Source: a virus
DNA length: 64,000 nucleotides
Strand: one strand, 5' to 3'
IMG/VR virus record: IMGVR_UViG_3300020411_004289
Coordinates: 1 to 64,000 of that record
Both the position numbers and the translations under genes were made by a program. Under the pieces are notes generated by a model that searched no databases, was not told the DNA's origin, and worked only from the letters and a program-made list of their open reading frames with translations. Below are positions 39,046 to 50,800 of the stretch, one piece after another. How positions within the stretch are numbered: position 1 is the first letter of the stretch; each line of letters starts with the position of its first letter.

Positions 39046-40893
39046 ATGGCAACAAACATAAAAAAGAAAATAAAGAAGCTAAGAAACAGATCATTTCTTG
39101 CAAGAGATTTTGAGGCATTTAGAGCAAAGCTAATAGAAGATGCTAGAATTTATTTTCCAGATAAAATTCAAGACTTCTCAGAGTCGAGTTTGGGTGGCCT
39201 ATTAGTAGACATGGTTGCTTCTGTTGGTGACTCACTGTCATTCTATCTAGACCATGAATTTAGAGAATTAGACCCGCAGTCTGCAGTAGAGCTTGACAAT
39301 ATATTAATGCACCTTAGAAATGCAGGTGTAGATGCTTACGGTGCTTCTCCTGCGTCTGTTGATTTAAGATTTTCAATCGAGGTACCAGCTGAAAAAACAA
39401 GTACAGGCTATGCACCCAAGGTATCTGCTTTACCAGTCCTTTTGCAAGGGACAGTAACTCAGTCATTTGATGGAATAACATTTGTAACATTAGAAGATCT
39501 AAACTTTGCAGAAAAAGACATCAACGGAAATTTTCTAGCATCATATGAAGTAATAGAGACTAGAAATGACGGAACGCCAGTAAAATATGAAGTTTCTAGA
39601 ATAGCAGCAGCTTCTTCAGGCCTAGAACATACAGACACGTTTACAATATCAGACAATCATGTCGCTTTTAGAGAGCTTACTCTTTCTAAAGATAATGTTT
39701 CGACAATCTCTGATGTATTAGACGGAGATGGCAACGAGTATTATGAAGTATCAGCTTTAAGCCAGGACACTATTTTTAAAGCTGTTAACAATACAAACAG
39801 AAACGATGCTCTAGAAGTGCCAAGTAATTTAGAAATAACACCAGCCCCAAGAAGATTTGTGAAAAGATATAATCCCTCAACAAGAGTGACAACCATAAGG
39901 TTCGGGTCAGGTGATGCTGATGTATTAGATGATGATATTGTACCTGATCCTAGCGATCTTTCTTTGAGCTTGTATGGAAGAAAATACACACCAAGATTTT
40001 CAATTGATCCGAACTCGTTGCTAAAAACACAGACGTTAGGAATCTCTCCAAAAAATACAAGCATCAACATAAGATATCGATACGGAGGAGGTCTGTCACA
40101 TAACGTAGGTGCCGGATCAATCTCAGAGATAACTCAGCTAGAGCTTGAATTTAGAAATACACCTATTGCAAATGAAGCTCTAAGTGCGCGACAAAGCATT
40201 AAGGTTAAAAATCCGAGTCCGGCGATAGGTGGTACAAATGCACCGACTGTAGAAGATCTTAAGGCACTAATCACATCTGCAAGAAATAGTCAATCACGAG
40301 TAGTTACAAGAGAAGATTTACTAGCAAGAATATTTACTATGCCTTCAACATTTGGTCGAGTTTTTCGTGCCAGCATAGCAACTAATCCTGTAAACCCTCT
40401 TTCGATTATACTGTATCTAGTTTCTTTAGATAGAAATGGAAATATGACTGTAGCACCTGACCAGTTAAAGAAAAATTTAAGCACGTACTTAAATGAATTT
40501 AGACTAATATCAGATGCAATTGATATCTTGGACGCAAAAATCATAAACTTTGGCGTAAAGTACTCAGTAGTCTTGGCACCAAACGTCTCAAAGGTTCAGA
40601 CGATTCAATCCATTAATCAAAAAATTGCAAATGCAATGCAAAAAAAATATTTCCAAATAGATCAGCCCGTGATAATTGATGACATTACTAACATCATAAT
40701 CAACTCTGATTACGTAATTGCGCTTTCTGATTTAAGAATATTCCCTCGTGTAGGGAATATTGAGAACAGAGAATATTCTTCCGCCACGTTTAAGTTTGAG
40801 CAAAGCACTAAGAACGGCATTATTTTCGGCCCAGCTGGATCGATATTTGAGCTAAGATTTCCTGATGACGATATTATCGGGTCAGCAATGTGA
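39046..40893 (+). CDS. Baseplate wedge protein, T4 gp6 / P2 gpJ-like
   Basis: RDFEAFRAKL...DFSESSLGGLLVDM.A.VGD.LSFYLD, IRFGSG, YRYGGG, AIGG, QSRVVTREDL. Confidence 0.85.
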   Translation: MATNIKKKIKKLRNRSFLARDFEAFRAKLIEDARIYFPDKIQDFSESSLGGLLVDMVASVGDSLSFYLDHEFRELDPQSAVELDNILMHLRNAGVDAYGASPASVDLRFSIEVPAEKTSTGYAPKVSALPVLLQGTVTQSFDGITFVTLEDLNFAEKDINGNFLASYEVIETRNDGTPVKYEVSRIAAASSGLEHTDTFTISDNHVAFRELTLSKDNVSTISDVLDGDGNEYYEVSALSQDTIFKAVNNTNRNDALEVPSNLEITPAPRRFVKRYNPSTRVTTIRFGSGDADVLDDDIVPDPSDLSLSLYGRKYTPRFSIDPNSLLKTQTLGISPKNTSINIRYRYGGGLSHNVGAGSISEITQLELEFRNTPIANEALSARQSIKVKNPSPAIGGTNAPTVEDLKALITSARNSQSRVVTREDLLARIFTMPSTFGRVFRASIATNPVNPLSIILYLVSLDRNGNMTVAPDQLKKNLSTYLNEFRLISDAIDILDAKIINFGVKYSVVLAPNVSKVQTIQSINQKIANAMQKKYFQIDQPVIIDDITNIIINSDYVIALSDLRIFPRVGNIENREYSSATFKFEQSTKNGIIFGPAGSIFELRFPDDDIIGSAM

Positions 40894-40901
40894 GGTAGAC
40901 A

Positions 40902-42461
40902 ATGAAGATTTTTTGTACAGCAAGTAAAGACACTTACATTACTGATAAGATTATTGATAATCGGCTTCGAGCAGAAGATGCAAATGTAGGACGAGCTGGA
41001 ACGTTAGATGTCTTTCGCTTATGGAACGAAACAATAATAAACGGCTCTGGAAGTCAAAATGAGCTTTCAAGAGCACTAATAAAGTTCGACTATCAAAAAA
41101 TTCATGAATTGACGGCATCAAAGCTTGACTTATCAAACTTTACTGCAACGCTACGACTATTTGATATGAAGACAGGTCACGCTGTCCCTGCAAACTTTAA
41201 CCTATCAGTACTACCTCTTTCAAAAGCTTTTGATGAAGGGGCAGGTAGAGATATTGGCTCTTTTGGAGATTTGGACTCTTGCAACTTTATAACTTCTTCA
41301 ATAGATGGTACCGGTGCAGCAGTATTGTGGAACATGTCAGGTGCTAATGCTATAGGAGACCTAGGTGCTGCAGATTTAGATATTTTCGATAGGGCAAATT
41401 TTAATGATGGCGCCGGCTTATCGCTTATTGCTAAGTCACAAAATTTTATAAAAGGGACAGAGGACCTATCTGTCGATGTAACAAAAATAGTTTCAGCATC
41501 AGTAGCAGGACAAATTGAAAATCATGGGTTTAGAATTGCCTTTAGCGGAAGTGAAGAAACAGATTCAAAATCTAGGTTTGTCAAAAGATTTGCGTCTAGG
41601 CATGTTTCAAACTTATCTTTGAGGCCAAAAATAGAAATCGCATTTGATGAAAGTATTCAGGACAATCATAGTAATTTTTACTTTGATCTATCAGGGTCAT
41701 TATTTTTAAACTCATACGAAAGGTCTTCTGCAGCAAATTTAGTGTCTGGCAGCGCGCTGACACCTATTGCAGGAACTAACTCGCTAATGCTCAAGCTAAA
41801 AACAGGAAGCTTTGTTTATGCAACATCAGCTTCTCAATATTCTAGAGGAACGATTGATGCAAATGGAGAGAACTTTTTAACAGGTGTCTATTCTGTATCT
41901 TTTGCAATACCTTCAACAGATACTTCTTTAGTGGCGTCTGCTAGTGATTCAACTTTGGCAAATTGGGTTGCTACTAGTGGTTCTTTGACAATGGAGGAAT
42001 ATTGGTATTCTTTGGACGGCAATGTAGGGTTTCATACAGGAAGCATAAAGATAAACAGAGCTGCTAGGACATCAGGTAATTGGACTTCTAGAGAGCCACT
42101 AATACAAATAACCAATCTGAACCATGAGTACAGTACATCAGACGAAGTATCTTTAAGAATATTTGGTAGAGATCTTGTAAATGAGCAAAACCAGCCGGCA
42201 AAGATACCGATTAATTTAAAACCTGTAATATTTGATGAAGTCTATTATAGGGTACGAAATACCAAAGATGGCAAACTAATAATAGACTTTGGTGAAGACG
42301 ACAATTCAACTAGAGTGTCTACAGATAATGAAGGCATGTTCTTCGATTTTCATATGGATACCCTATATGCTAACAATGCGTATGAATTTGAATTTCTAGT
42401 AATTGACAGAGGTCAGCGTCATGTCGTAGCCAACAGAAGCCTTCAGTTTGTTGTGAGGTAA
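40902..42461 (+). CDS. Baseplate-associated structural protein (DNRLRE-domain-like N-terminus)
   Basis: KDTYI, SRALIKFD, FDEGAG, NHGFRI...F.SR...RPKIEI; located in the baseplate operon. Confidence 0.6.
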   Translation: MKIFCTASKDTYITDKIIDNRLRAEDANVGRAGTLDVFRLWNETIINGSGSQNELSRALIKFDYQKIHELTASKLDLSNFTATLRLFDMKTGHAVPANFNLSVLPLSKAFDEGAGRDIGSFGDLDSCNFITSSIDGTGAAVLWNMSGANAIGDLGAADLDIFDRANFNDGAGLSLIAKSQNFIKGTEDLSVDVTKIVSASVAGQIENHGFRIAFSGSEETDSKSRFVKRFASRHVSNLSLRPKIEIAFDESIQDNHSNFYFDLSGSLFLNSYERSSAANLVSGSALTPIAGTNSLMLKLKTGSFVYATSASQYSRGTIDANGENFLTGVYSVSFAIPSTDTSLVASASDSTLANWVATSGSLTMEEYWYSLDGNVGFHTGSIKINRAARTSGNWTSREPLIQITNLNHEYSTSDEVSLRIFGRDLVNEQNQPAKIPINLKPVIFDEVYYRVRNTKDGKLIIDFGEDDNSTRVSTDNEGMFFDFHMDTLYANNAYEFEFLVIDRGQRHVVANRSLQFVVR

Positions 42462-42464
42462 TTT

Positions 42465-45400
42465 GTGGCCAGAGACTCTAATACATTTACCAAAACAATT
42501 CTTTTTAAACCTAGCTCACTAAGGTCGCTTAGGGATGGTTCAACTAGAGTTGAAAACATTACCTTGGGTGGAAATAAAGAAAAAACGCAGGGTGAAGCAA
42601 ACCTCATAAGCACTTCAAGCTTTAGGTATGATCCTGCAGGATTTCCTCTTAAAAGCACTCAGCAGCTAAACGTAGACTGGTCAAAGCTAGAAAACCATAC
42701 ATTCTTTAATTCAGCCCAAGTAAAGGTTCAAACTGCGTTTGACAAGATCATAAATCGATTTCCATTTGACGGAACAAAGTCTGAGTATATAGAGTTTAGA
42801 GATAACTTAACTGGTTTTGACAAGTACATTCTAGATACATTTCCTAAAAACTTAGGAAGTCTTAAATTTGATAGGGCATATAATAATGCGCTTAGAGTAC
42901 AAGACTATCAAGGTGCAGGGTTAATATCTGGCAAAAAAGGCTCGACAGGACAAGCTGTTCTAGACTTTTCATATATGCCATTTAGCATAGAAACCCATAT
43001 TTTTATCCCATCCGGATCAATAAATGACAACGAGGTAGTTTTACAAAAGATATCTGGGTCAAGTAGCGGATTAACCTTAGCAGTAACATCTTCTGCATAT
43101 GAAACTAGTCCGCATGGCGAAGCAACGCTATGGGCGTATTTAAGCTCAGGATCCACAGCAATAAGTGCTAGTCTAGGAATAAAAAAAGGTGTGTTCAATC
43201 ATGTCGCATTAGTGTACGACAGAAATGACACAGGAAAACTATTTATTTATGGAAACGGCAATGTACCTAACGAGTCGTCGAAAGCGGCTGTATTTAATGA
43301 CTATGATTTTATAGAATCTTTAACTACGATTGGTAGTGGGACTGTTCATCAAGTTGAAAATATTAATTTCACACCTGTACAAAATCTTTCAGGCGCTCTT
43401 GATGAATTAAGATGGTTTCATAAAACTAGGAATAGAAATCAAATACTAAGCTTTAAAGATCGAAGTATATTTGCTAACAATCAAGACGATCTTCGACTAT
43501 ACTTTAGGTTTAACGAGCCGTCTGGCAGTTTTGGAACCAGCTCCACTACAGGAAATGAAGATCTTGTCTTAGACTATAGTGGAAACGGTCTTCATACTAA
43601 GATTTCAAATTTTAATATGTCACTAAGAGAGACAGGATCTCTTCCAGTTGCTATGTCTCAAGAAGATCCTGCCCTATCTCCTATTCTTTTTCCGTCGTAT
43701 AGACAGGTCGCAGACTTAGGCGTAAAAATGCTTCTTTCCGGAAGCCAATACGACTATAATAATCCCAATCTGATAACAAAATTAATACCCAAACATTATC
43801 TTCTGGAAGCCTCTGAAAGAGAAGGTATGGAAAATGAGTGGGGTGACATTGGTGAGTCTCCGGGATATTATACAGATCAACCCGGTGGCTCAAAAATGAG
43901 ATCACCTCAAATAATTGCATCTCTTTTATACATGTGGGCAGAGTCATTTGATGAAATGAAAATGTTTATAGATGAATTTGGAAGAGCACTTAATGTAGAT
44001 TATCTCACAGATCAAACAATAAGCGATCAGCTTTTACCCTTTTTAGCAAGATATTACGGTCTAAATTTGCCAAACGCATACGCTGATGCATCAATGGCAC
44101 AGCTTTTGGATAGGCAAGATGTAAGAATGGATAATGTTTTGGCTGTCAAGGGATTACAGGGTGTCCAAAATGTAATTTGGAGGCGTGTACTGTCAGGATT
44201 GCCTGAAGTTATAAAATCAAAAGGCACGCGATACTCAATTGAAGCGCTTTTTAGAAACATGGGAATTAATCCTGACGGATCTTTTAGAATAAGAGAGTAT
44301 GGGGGCTCCAGGACAAAGTCCATAAGTGATACATTTGAAAAAAGAAGTGAGATCGCATCTATCTTAGATTTCTCAGGGTCAAAGTCTTCAGGAGGTGTAA
44401 TCGACGGTTCTGGAAAAAGCAGCAACAGACCTTTGATACAATCTTCTTACCTGTCTTCTTCAAGATTAGAGCCGGGTAAACCTTTATCAAAAATCCGGTA
44501 TGGTGACTATGTTTCTGGAGTATCACCCTATTCTGGAGACGGACTATATACTAGCGGCTCCTGGACTGTAGAGGGGACATTTAAGCTAGAAAATCCACTA
44601 AAAAATCCATTAACGCAAAGCTTAATGAGAATGCAAACAACAGGCTCTAGAGCTTCAGGTGTAGCAAACAATTGGCTGATTTTTAATACTGTAGCAACTG
44701 CTTTACTTACTTCTTCTAATTCTCCGGGAACATTATCTCTGTACGGTAGGGTAGGAAGTGGATCAAGCGAGACTTTAAAACTAACCATGACCGGTGTGAA
44801 TGTTTTCGATGGAAACAAGTGGCATGTATCATTTGGGCGCTTAAGAAATGATGAAATCGGATCATATGTTTCTTCAAGCTATTTTCTTAGAGCCGGTAGG
44901 ATGGGAACAAACTCAGTTTTAGAATTTTATACAACGTCTTCTTACTATAACGATCAAGGCGATACTATTCTAAACAGAGTGTCATCATCGAACAATGCTT
45001 CTGGGTCATTTATTACGATCGGAAGTCAAAGCCTCATGTATGATACATCTACTACCTCCGGAGGCGGTTTTCTAAATGAAGTCTCGGACAGCAAAGTAAA
45101 ATATGTTAACTTCACCGGAAAATGTGCAGGAATAAGATTCTTCTCAAAAGGTTTGAGTGAAAAAGAGACGCTGCAGCACGTAAGAAACTTTAAATCTCTA
45201 GGAGTTGAAAACCCACATGTAAACTTCAACTTCAACACGTCAGATGCAGGTTCTTTTGAAAGACTAAGGTTGAATTTGTCAATTGATCAACCTGTAACAA
45301 AATCAAATGCCGCCGGAAACGTACAGATATTTGACTTTAGTCAAAATAATAATCATGGTCTAGGTACCGGCTTTGAAACAAATGTACAGATAATTCGTCC

Positions 45401-45992
45401 TGAAAGATATGATTATATGATTCTCTCCCCGAGGTTTGAACTAGCGACTGATCCTAATAAGATACGAATACGAAGCTTTATTCAGGCTGAAAATGTTAGA
45501 TCAAACGGAATGAGTGATTCTTCTTACGCACCTCTATATAGAATTCCAGAAAACGAAAAACCAAAAGATGACAGGCGTTTAGCAATTGAAGTGTCGTCTG
45601 TACAAGCACTTAACGAAGACATCATGAATATATTCTCAACTCTAGATTCACTAGACAATGCTATTGGGAATCCTGAACTAGTGTTTTCACAAGAATATAA
45701 AAGCTTGCGCCATCTTAGAAAGATTTACTTCAATAGACTAGATGACAAAATGTCACTTAAGAAATTCTTTGAATTCTTCAAGTGGTTCGATCAAACAATT
45801 GGCGATATCTTAGAAGAAGTAATTCCAAGCACTACAAAATATATGGGAACTAATTTTGTGATAGAAAGTCACGCGCTAGAAAGAGCTAAGTTTCCTTATA
45901 AGTACAGCGACATGTATGTCGGGATTCTAGATAGAAGAGAAGCTTCTGTAATATTTTTACAGCAATTTCTAGGAAGACTAAGGAAGTTTTAA
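42465..45992 (+). CDS. Baseplate wedge protein (gp7/gpI-like segment) with LamG/ConA domains (1175 aa)
   Basis: FNHVALVYD...GALDELRWF and LRLYFRFNE (LamG); LLPFLARYYG...IKSKGTRYSIEALFRNMG (gpI-like). Confidence 0.7.
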   Translation: MARDSNTFTKTILFKPSSLRSLRDGSTRVENITLGGNKEKTQGEANLISTSSFRYDPAGFPLKSTQQLNVDWSKLENHTFFNSAQVKVQTAFDKIINRFPFDGTKSEYIEFRDNLTGFDKYILDTFPKNLGSLKFDRAYNNALRVQDYQGAGLISGKKGSTGQAVLDFSYMPFSIETHIFIPSGSINDNEVVLQKISGSSSGLTLAVTSSAYETSPHGEATLWAYLSSGSTAISASLGIKKGVFNHVALVYDRNDTGKLFIYGNGNVPNESSKAAVFNDYDFIESLTTIGSGTVHQVENINFTPVQNLSGALDELRWFHKTRNRNQILSFKDRSIFANNQDDLRLYFRFNEPSGSFGTSSTTGNEDLVLDYSGNGLHTKISNFNMSLRETGSLPVAMSQEDPALSPILFPSYRQVADLGVKMLLSGSQYDYNNPNLITKLIPKHYLLEASEREGMENEWGDIGESPGYYTDQPGGSKMRSPQIIASLLYMWAESFDEMKMFIDEFGRALNVDYLTDQTISDQLLPFLARYYGLNLPNAYADASMAQLLDRQDVRMDNVLAVKGLQGVQNVIWRRVLSGLPEVIKSKGTRYSIEALFRNMGINPDGSFRIREYGGSRTKSISDTFEKRSEIASILDFSGSKSSGGVIDGSGKSSNRPLIQSSYLSSSRLEPGKPLSKIRYGDYVSGVSPYSGDGLYTSGSWTVEGTFKLENPLKNPLTQSLMRMQTTGSRASGVANNWLIFNTVATALLTSSNSPGTLSLYGRVGSGSSETLKLTMTGVNVFDGNKWHVSFGRLRNDEIGSYVSSSYFLRAGRMGTNSVLEFYTTSSYYNDQGDTILNRVSSSNNASGSFITIGSQSLMYDTSTTSGGGFLNEVSDSKVKYVNFTGKCAGIRFFSKGLSEKETLQHVRNFKSLGVENPHVNFNFNTSDAGSFERLRLNLSIDQPVTKSNAAGNVQIFDFSQNNNHGLGTGFETNVQIIRPERYDYMILSPRFELATDPNKIRIRSFIQAENVRSNGMSDSSYAPLYRIPENEKPKDDRRLAIEVSSVQALNEDIMNIFSTLDSLDNAIGNPELVFSQEYKSLRHLRKIYFNRLDDKMSLKKFFEFFKWFDQTIGDILEEVIPSTTKYMGTNFVIESHALERAKFPYKYSDMYVGILDRREASVIFLQQFLGRLRKF

Positions 45993-45993
45993 G

Positions 45994-47886
45994 ATGGGAA
46001 AATATCGATATGCAAGATCTAATGGGCAATTTTTAGATTCTCGGCTTAATAATTTTGCAAAAGAAAATACAATACAAAATTTTAGATCTGACCAGTCTTA
46101 TGACTTATCAAAAGATTTTGTAACAGGTACCAACCCTAGCGAAAACAGTTTCATTCTAGACAAAAAAAACTTAAATGGGTATGAATCAAAAGCAAGCCTG
46201 TTAGCTTGGTGGAGGCCAGGAAACAAAGATGACGACACATCAGCAGTCAAGGATAGCTCAGGGAATAATGCTATTCTCACCCCGCCTGCAGTATCAAAAA
46301 CACCTACGCTTGATGTAGGGGACACACCTTCTAAGTTCATCTCTAATAATTCATTTCTTTTTGATGGGTCTGATGATTGTATTGCTTCTTCTGCATCAAG
46401 TCGCCTAGTCTTAAGCGACGGAACCAAGGATGAACCTTTTAGCGTTTCGATGTGGTTAAAAGCTAGTTCTTTCGGCTCAGGTCTCGGAGTCCCCATAGGA
46501 TCGTGTGATGCTGATAACACTTCCAATAGACAGTGGCTTATTCAAGTCAACTCCTCCGGAAACTTGAAAGTGGTACTCTATGACAACTCCGCCGGAGCTT
46601 ATGTGTGGAAAACGACAAATTCAGGTGTCTTAAACATTGACACATGGGAACACGTCGTACTTACATATGATGGTCGCTCCGGTACATCTGCGACAAACGG
46701 TGTAAAAGTATATGTGAATTTAGAGGAGTCCACGTATTACGCTCCCAGCGCAATTGGAACTTATTCTGCGATGGATGGAATAAGTCAAGCAAAAATAACA
46801 GTAGGTGCTCATATCCCGTCTTCTACATGGTGCTTTGCAGGCAGCATAGCAGATGTCGCCATATGGAACAAAGTGCTATCATCTAATGAGATAGAAAACA
46901 TCCATAATGTAAAGAGTGCCGGCGCTTATAGATTGGTAAGAGACTTTAGCAGAGTGTCTCCTGATAACGATACAAGAATTTTAGGTATTGCAACTGAAAG
47001 AAAAGGTTTTAATACAACAGGGTTCAAACCTGACATAATGAATCAGTTCGTACAAGGGATTAACGTAAAAAGCTTTGATCAGCTGTTAAACTACACAGCG
47101 ACCAGAATCAGACCCAATAGTAGCTTTGTCAAGACACTACGTGGCAAGGATATTTCTAGAACAACTTTTGACGAGACAGTCGCAACTACAGCAATCACAT
47201 CTGGGAGTCATACTTCACATGTTTTCCTGGGAGGCGAGGGAAGGCTGTCAGATAGACTTACGAACGAAAGAGAGTGGAGAGATTTAGGGCAGACAGCAAT
47301 TTATGACACCCCGGGTGCATTTGAAGATACACTTGATCTAGATCCAACTGCCATTGTTTCCAGGCAACCAGAAGACTTAATTTTACCATATCAGATGGTC
47401 GCCCAAACAAGTGCAGAACTCTTGGACGGAACCATAGAGCCATTAACCATCAGAAGTATTATCGATCGATCTTCAATAGAGGGCCCATTTTACTCTCATA
47501 CATTTAGAGCAGATCTAGGAGGCCAGACTGACGCGTTCAGGAGATCTTACGTAATTACTGACGGTGTAAGCATGCATGATATTAGAACACCTGAAGGAGC
47601 ATCTCCTTTTTTAGACTCGGTTGAAAATTTAGGTAAAACTGATATGCCCGGAGCGTTCTCTGACTATAAGTCTGTAATTGATCCTTACGTTGATTATGCA
47701 AACGATAGAGATAAAGAGTACACAATTAACAGTGTTTCATCTACAATTTCTGCTGTACTAGTTCATAGCTCTTCTTGGAAAGATAGTGACGATCGAACAC
47801 ATGAAAAAATGGCCGCACACGGATTTCAGTATGACAATAACCCAATTGGAATTGACTCCATTGCATATGGAGGTTTAAAGAAGTAA
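45994..47886 (+). CDS. Structural protein with a LamG-like jelly-roll domain
   Basis: FDGSDD, FSVSMWLK, WEHVVLTYDG, FAGSIADVAIWNKVLSSNEI. Confidence 0.75.
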   Translation: MGKYRYARSNGQFLDSRLNNFAKENTIQNFRSDQSYDLSKDFVTGTNPSENSFILDKKNLNGYESKASLLAWWRPGNKDDDTSAVKDSSGNNAILTPPAVSKTPTLDVGDTPSKFISNNSFLFDGSDDCIASSASSRLVLSDGTKDEPFSVSMWLKASSFGSGLGVPIGSCDADNTSNRQWLIQVNSSGNLKVVLYDNSAGAYVWKTTNSGVLNIDTWEHVVLTYDGRSGTSATNGVKVYVNLEESTYYAPSAIGTYSAMDGISQAKITVGAHIPSSTWCFAGSIADVAIWNKVLSSNEIENIHNVKSAGAYRLVRDFSRVSPDNDTRILGIATERKGFNTTGFKPDIMNQFVQGINVKSFDQLLNYTATRIRPNSSFVKTLRGKDISRTTFDETVATTAITSGSHTSHVFLGGEGRLSDRLTNEREWRDLGQTAIYDTPGAFEDTLDLDPTAIVSRQPEDLILPYQMVAQTSAELLDGTIEPLTIRSIIDRSSIEGPFYSHTFRADLGGQTDAFRRSYVITDGVSMHDIRTPEGASPFLDSVENLGKTDMPGAFSDYKSVIDPYVDYANDRDKEYTINSVSSTISAVLVHSSSWKDSDDRTHEKMAAHGFQYDNNPIGIDSIAYGGLKK

Positions 47887-47887
47887 C

Positions 47888-50800
47888 ATGCCGAGACTAG
47901 GAAAAAAGATCAAAGTATACGATTTAAACCTTCAGGCTCAGCGTAGTCCGATAGGTGTTTCTGCTATTCCTGGAATAACATTTCCAGCAACAACCATGAA
48001 GTGTGGTGTTGACTCTGACCTAAAATCCAATGTTATAGTTTTCTCTTTAGGCTCAAGCTCTCCTGCTTCTCCTGATCGTTGGATTCAGCTAGACGGTCCT
48101 TTCTTAGGTCCGGTAACACTGACATATACAGCAGTGAGAGGCGATTATCCTGGAAAAATAGCTGTAGACGGAGTCCCCGAGGATCTTGCAGCCCCTGAAC
48201 AAGTCGGCGACGACGTTCTTTTAGTTCAAACTTCGAGAGACGGAATTTACTGGAAAACTGTGAGGACAGGAACGGTTGCCGAGTTAAGCAATGAAGTATA
48301 CACGACTATTTCTGTTAATGTTTATGGAGATTCTGGATATAAAATAAGAATAGCTCAGAAAAATCAATTCAATGCTTCAGAGGATGAATATGCCATTTCG
48401 GTGATAACAGTTTCACAAGGAGAGATTTCAGGCTATCTAAATAACCCGCCGCGAATTTTACTACAAGATAACGACAATAGAACTGGAAGCTATCCAACAG
48501 TAGCCCGCACAGGAGATCCCAACTTTACAGGCAGAGCAAATGTGAGGTTTAATGATCAACAAACAGTAGAATACTTTAGCTCATATCCAGAAGCTGAAAT
48601 TACTTTTCTTGATATTCCCCTAGATGCTCATTCTATCTCTTTGACAGGTTCAGCAGAAGATCCATCAGAGAACGTAAAAAAGCTTTTTGAGTTTCAAAAA
48701 GGCGTACTTCAATATTATAACGAATCCATCCTCGTAGACATTAAAGGAAAACAAACACCACGATCAGTGGCATATGCTTTTGCTAAGACAGTCAACAGCG
48801 CTTCTATGGGCATAAAGGCAACCCCAGTTGGAGAAAAAGTAAAACTAAGACAACACAGGCCTTTAATTCCAAGCAACGGGCTAAACATAACAACATCCAG
48901 CTATCCTGCTTTCTTCCTCCCTGCTTCAATAAAACAATTTACACAGCACGGCCCGGAAAATTATGCGTACCCTATGATTTTACCTGTGCCCGGAAGAAAT
49001 GACTATGCCAGTGGATCGACTCATGTAAATGCACTAGTCGCTTCACCTAATATCACTGGATCTTTAACTGCCCCGGCGATTATGGGCACATCAAATAGCG
49101 GCCCGGGAATACATTTTACCCCGGGAGAAAACATAGGACCGTTTGATGAGTCCAGGATTTACATCGACAATGACCTAAGTTTCTATACTGAAGGGACCAC
49201 AGTCAATGGCACAACTTTGCCAGGATTTGGTGAAAGACTAGGTTCTAAGGTAAGTCTATCTTTTGACATATCAACTAATGAACCCTGTTCTGTGTATTTT
49301 TCAACTGGAACAGTTTCACCTGGAGGTACACATGCATCAAGGGCAGATGCTCTAGCCGCAGGGGTTAATTCCGGGATAGCGTATTATAATTTTGCGGAAA
49401 GCAAGTGGGAAATTGTAGGAGATCTACTTACCGGCAGTAATGTAGATATTTTTAATTCAAATCCACAGACAGTTGCAGATTCAATGCTAGCGATAATGCC
49501 CTCTCAGTATGACTATTGGTCCTATCATACAGCACCCTTGACTAATATGCTTAAGCATCAAGGGTCACCCACTGAGTTCGCAGGATTCCCTCTAGCCAGC
49601 AAGTTTGACCCTTCAGAAGCTCAGCTACTTGATATGTCAGACTATATTACAGCTCCATTCTTATTAGAAAAATTAGAGCTGACAGTTTCTGCATCTTATG
49701 CTATGACACAGGTGATGACGGACATAAATGGTGTCCATAATGCTTCGTTTATGCTACTTTTACAAAGAGATGCAGTGCCTTCTGGTTCGTTTACTTCTGA
49801 GCTAACATTGCTAAAAAATAACGGGTCAAACACTCTGACAGATATGACGTGGCTCGCGCCTAAGAAAAAAACATTTGAGACTCATAAAGATAGAAAAATT
49901 ATCTGGTATGGTAGAATAGGAAGATACCTCGAATTCGATCACCCAACCCAGACTTATAGCTCTTTAGAAGAATTTAGAATTAGGGCCCCACATGTTTTTG
50001 CAGCATGCGATTTGTGGATACCACAGCTTAATCCTTACGGCAATAATCAGTATCCTTCCACTGGTTCTTTCACACTAAGAGGTTCTCCTAATACACCTAT
50101 CGGATGTGGTGTGTCAAATAATGTGGTGCGACCTAGAGGTACGCGTACCTCCGCGCACGCGGATATTCCGGAGTATGCAGTCATAGGAAGAAAGACAGGA
50201 GGAAGAGATCTTATAAATATTGCAGACGGACGTTCTTTTATAAGCTCTATTGCAGGCGCTAAAGAGGTCGGCACACATTATGTAGGCTATGAAGCTAATT
50301 CTGCCGGCAGCAGATTTGTACCACTCTATGAAAAGGATTCATCTGAATCTCCTTTTCTTTTGCTCCCAACAGACAAGTTAATGCTTGTGCATGTCAATCA
50401 AAAAATGCCTAATCCCAACGACGACGTACTTACCTGGTCGAAAGGCGAAGACCAAGTAGTTCAGAAAAGATCAACACTTCTCCCGGGCAAATCTAAACTA
50501 ACTCTTTTTGGCTCAATGGTGCGTGAAGGAAAAGCAGCAAATACGACCACACTAAATCAGCCACTCACGTCTGACGCAATACACGAGGATGTTAGAGATG
50601 ATATATCGCCCTTAGGTGAGTCTCTATGCCTAGATCAGTGGCAAGTAGAGCCTGTGTCTACATATTACAAGTCCTATCTAGACAATATTGTCACGGGGTC
50701 AATGTATAATCGAAATAACCCTACTCAGTTTATAAACCCACACACACCGCACGTTAGAAAGTCCCAAGGAACCACCGCAGGAACTGGTATCGTTTCTGGC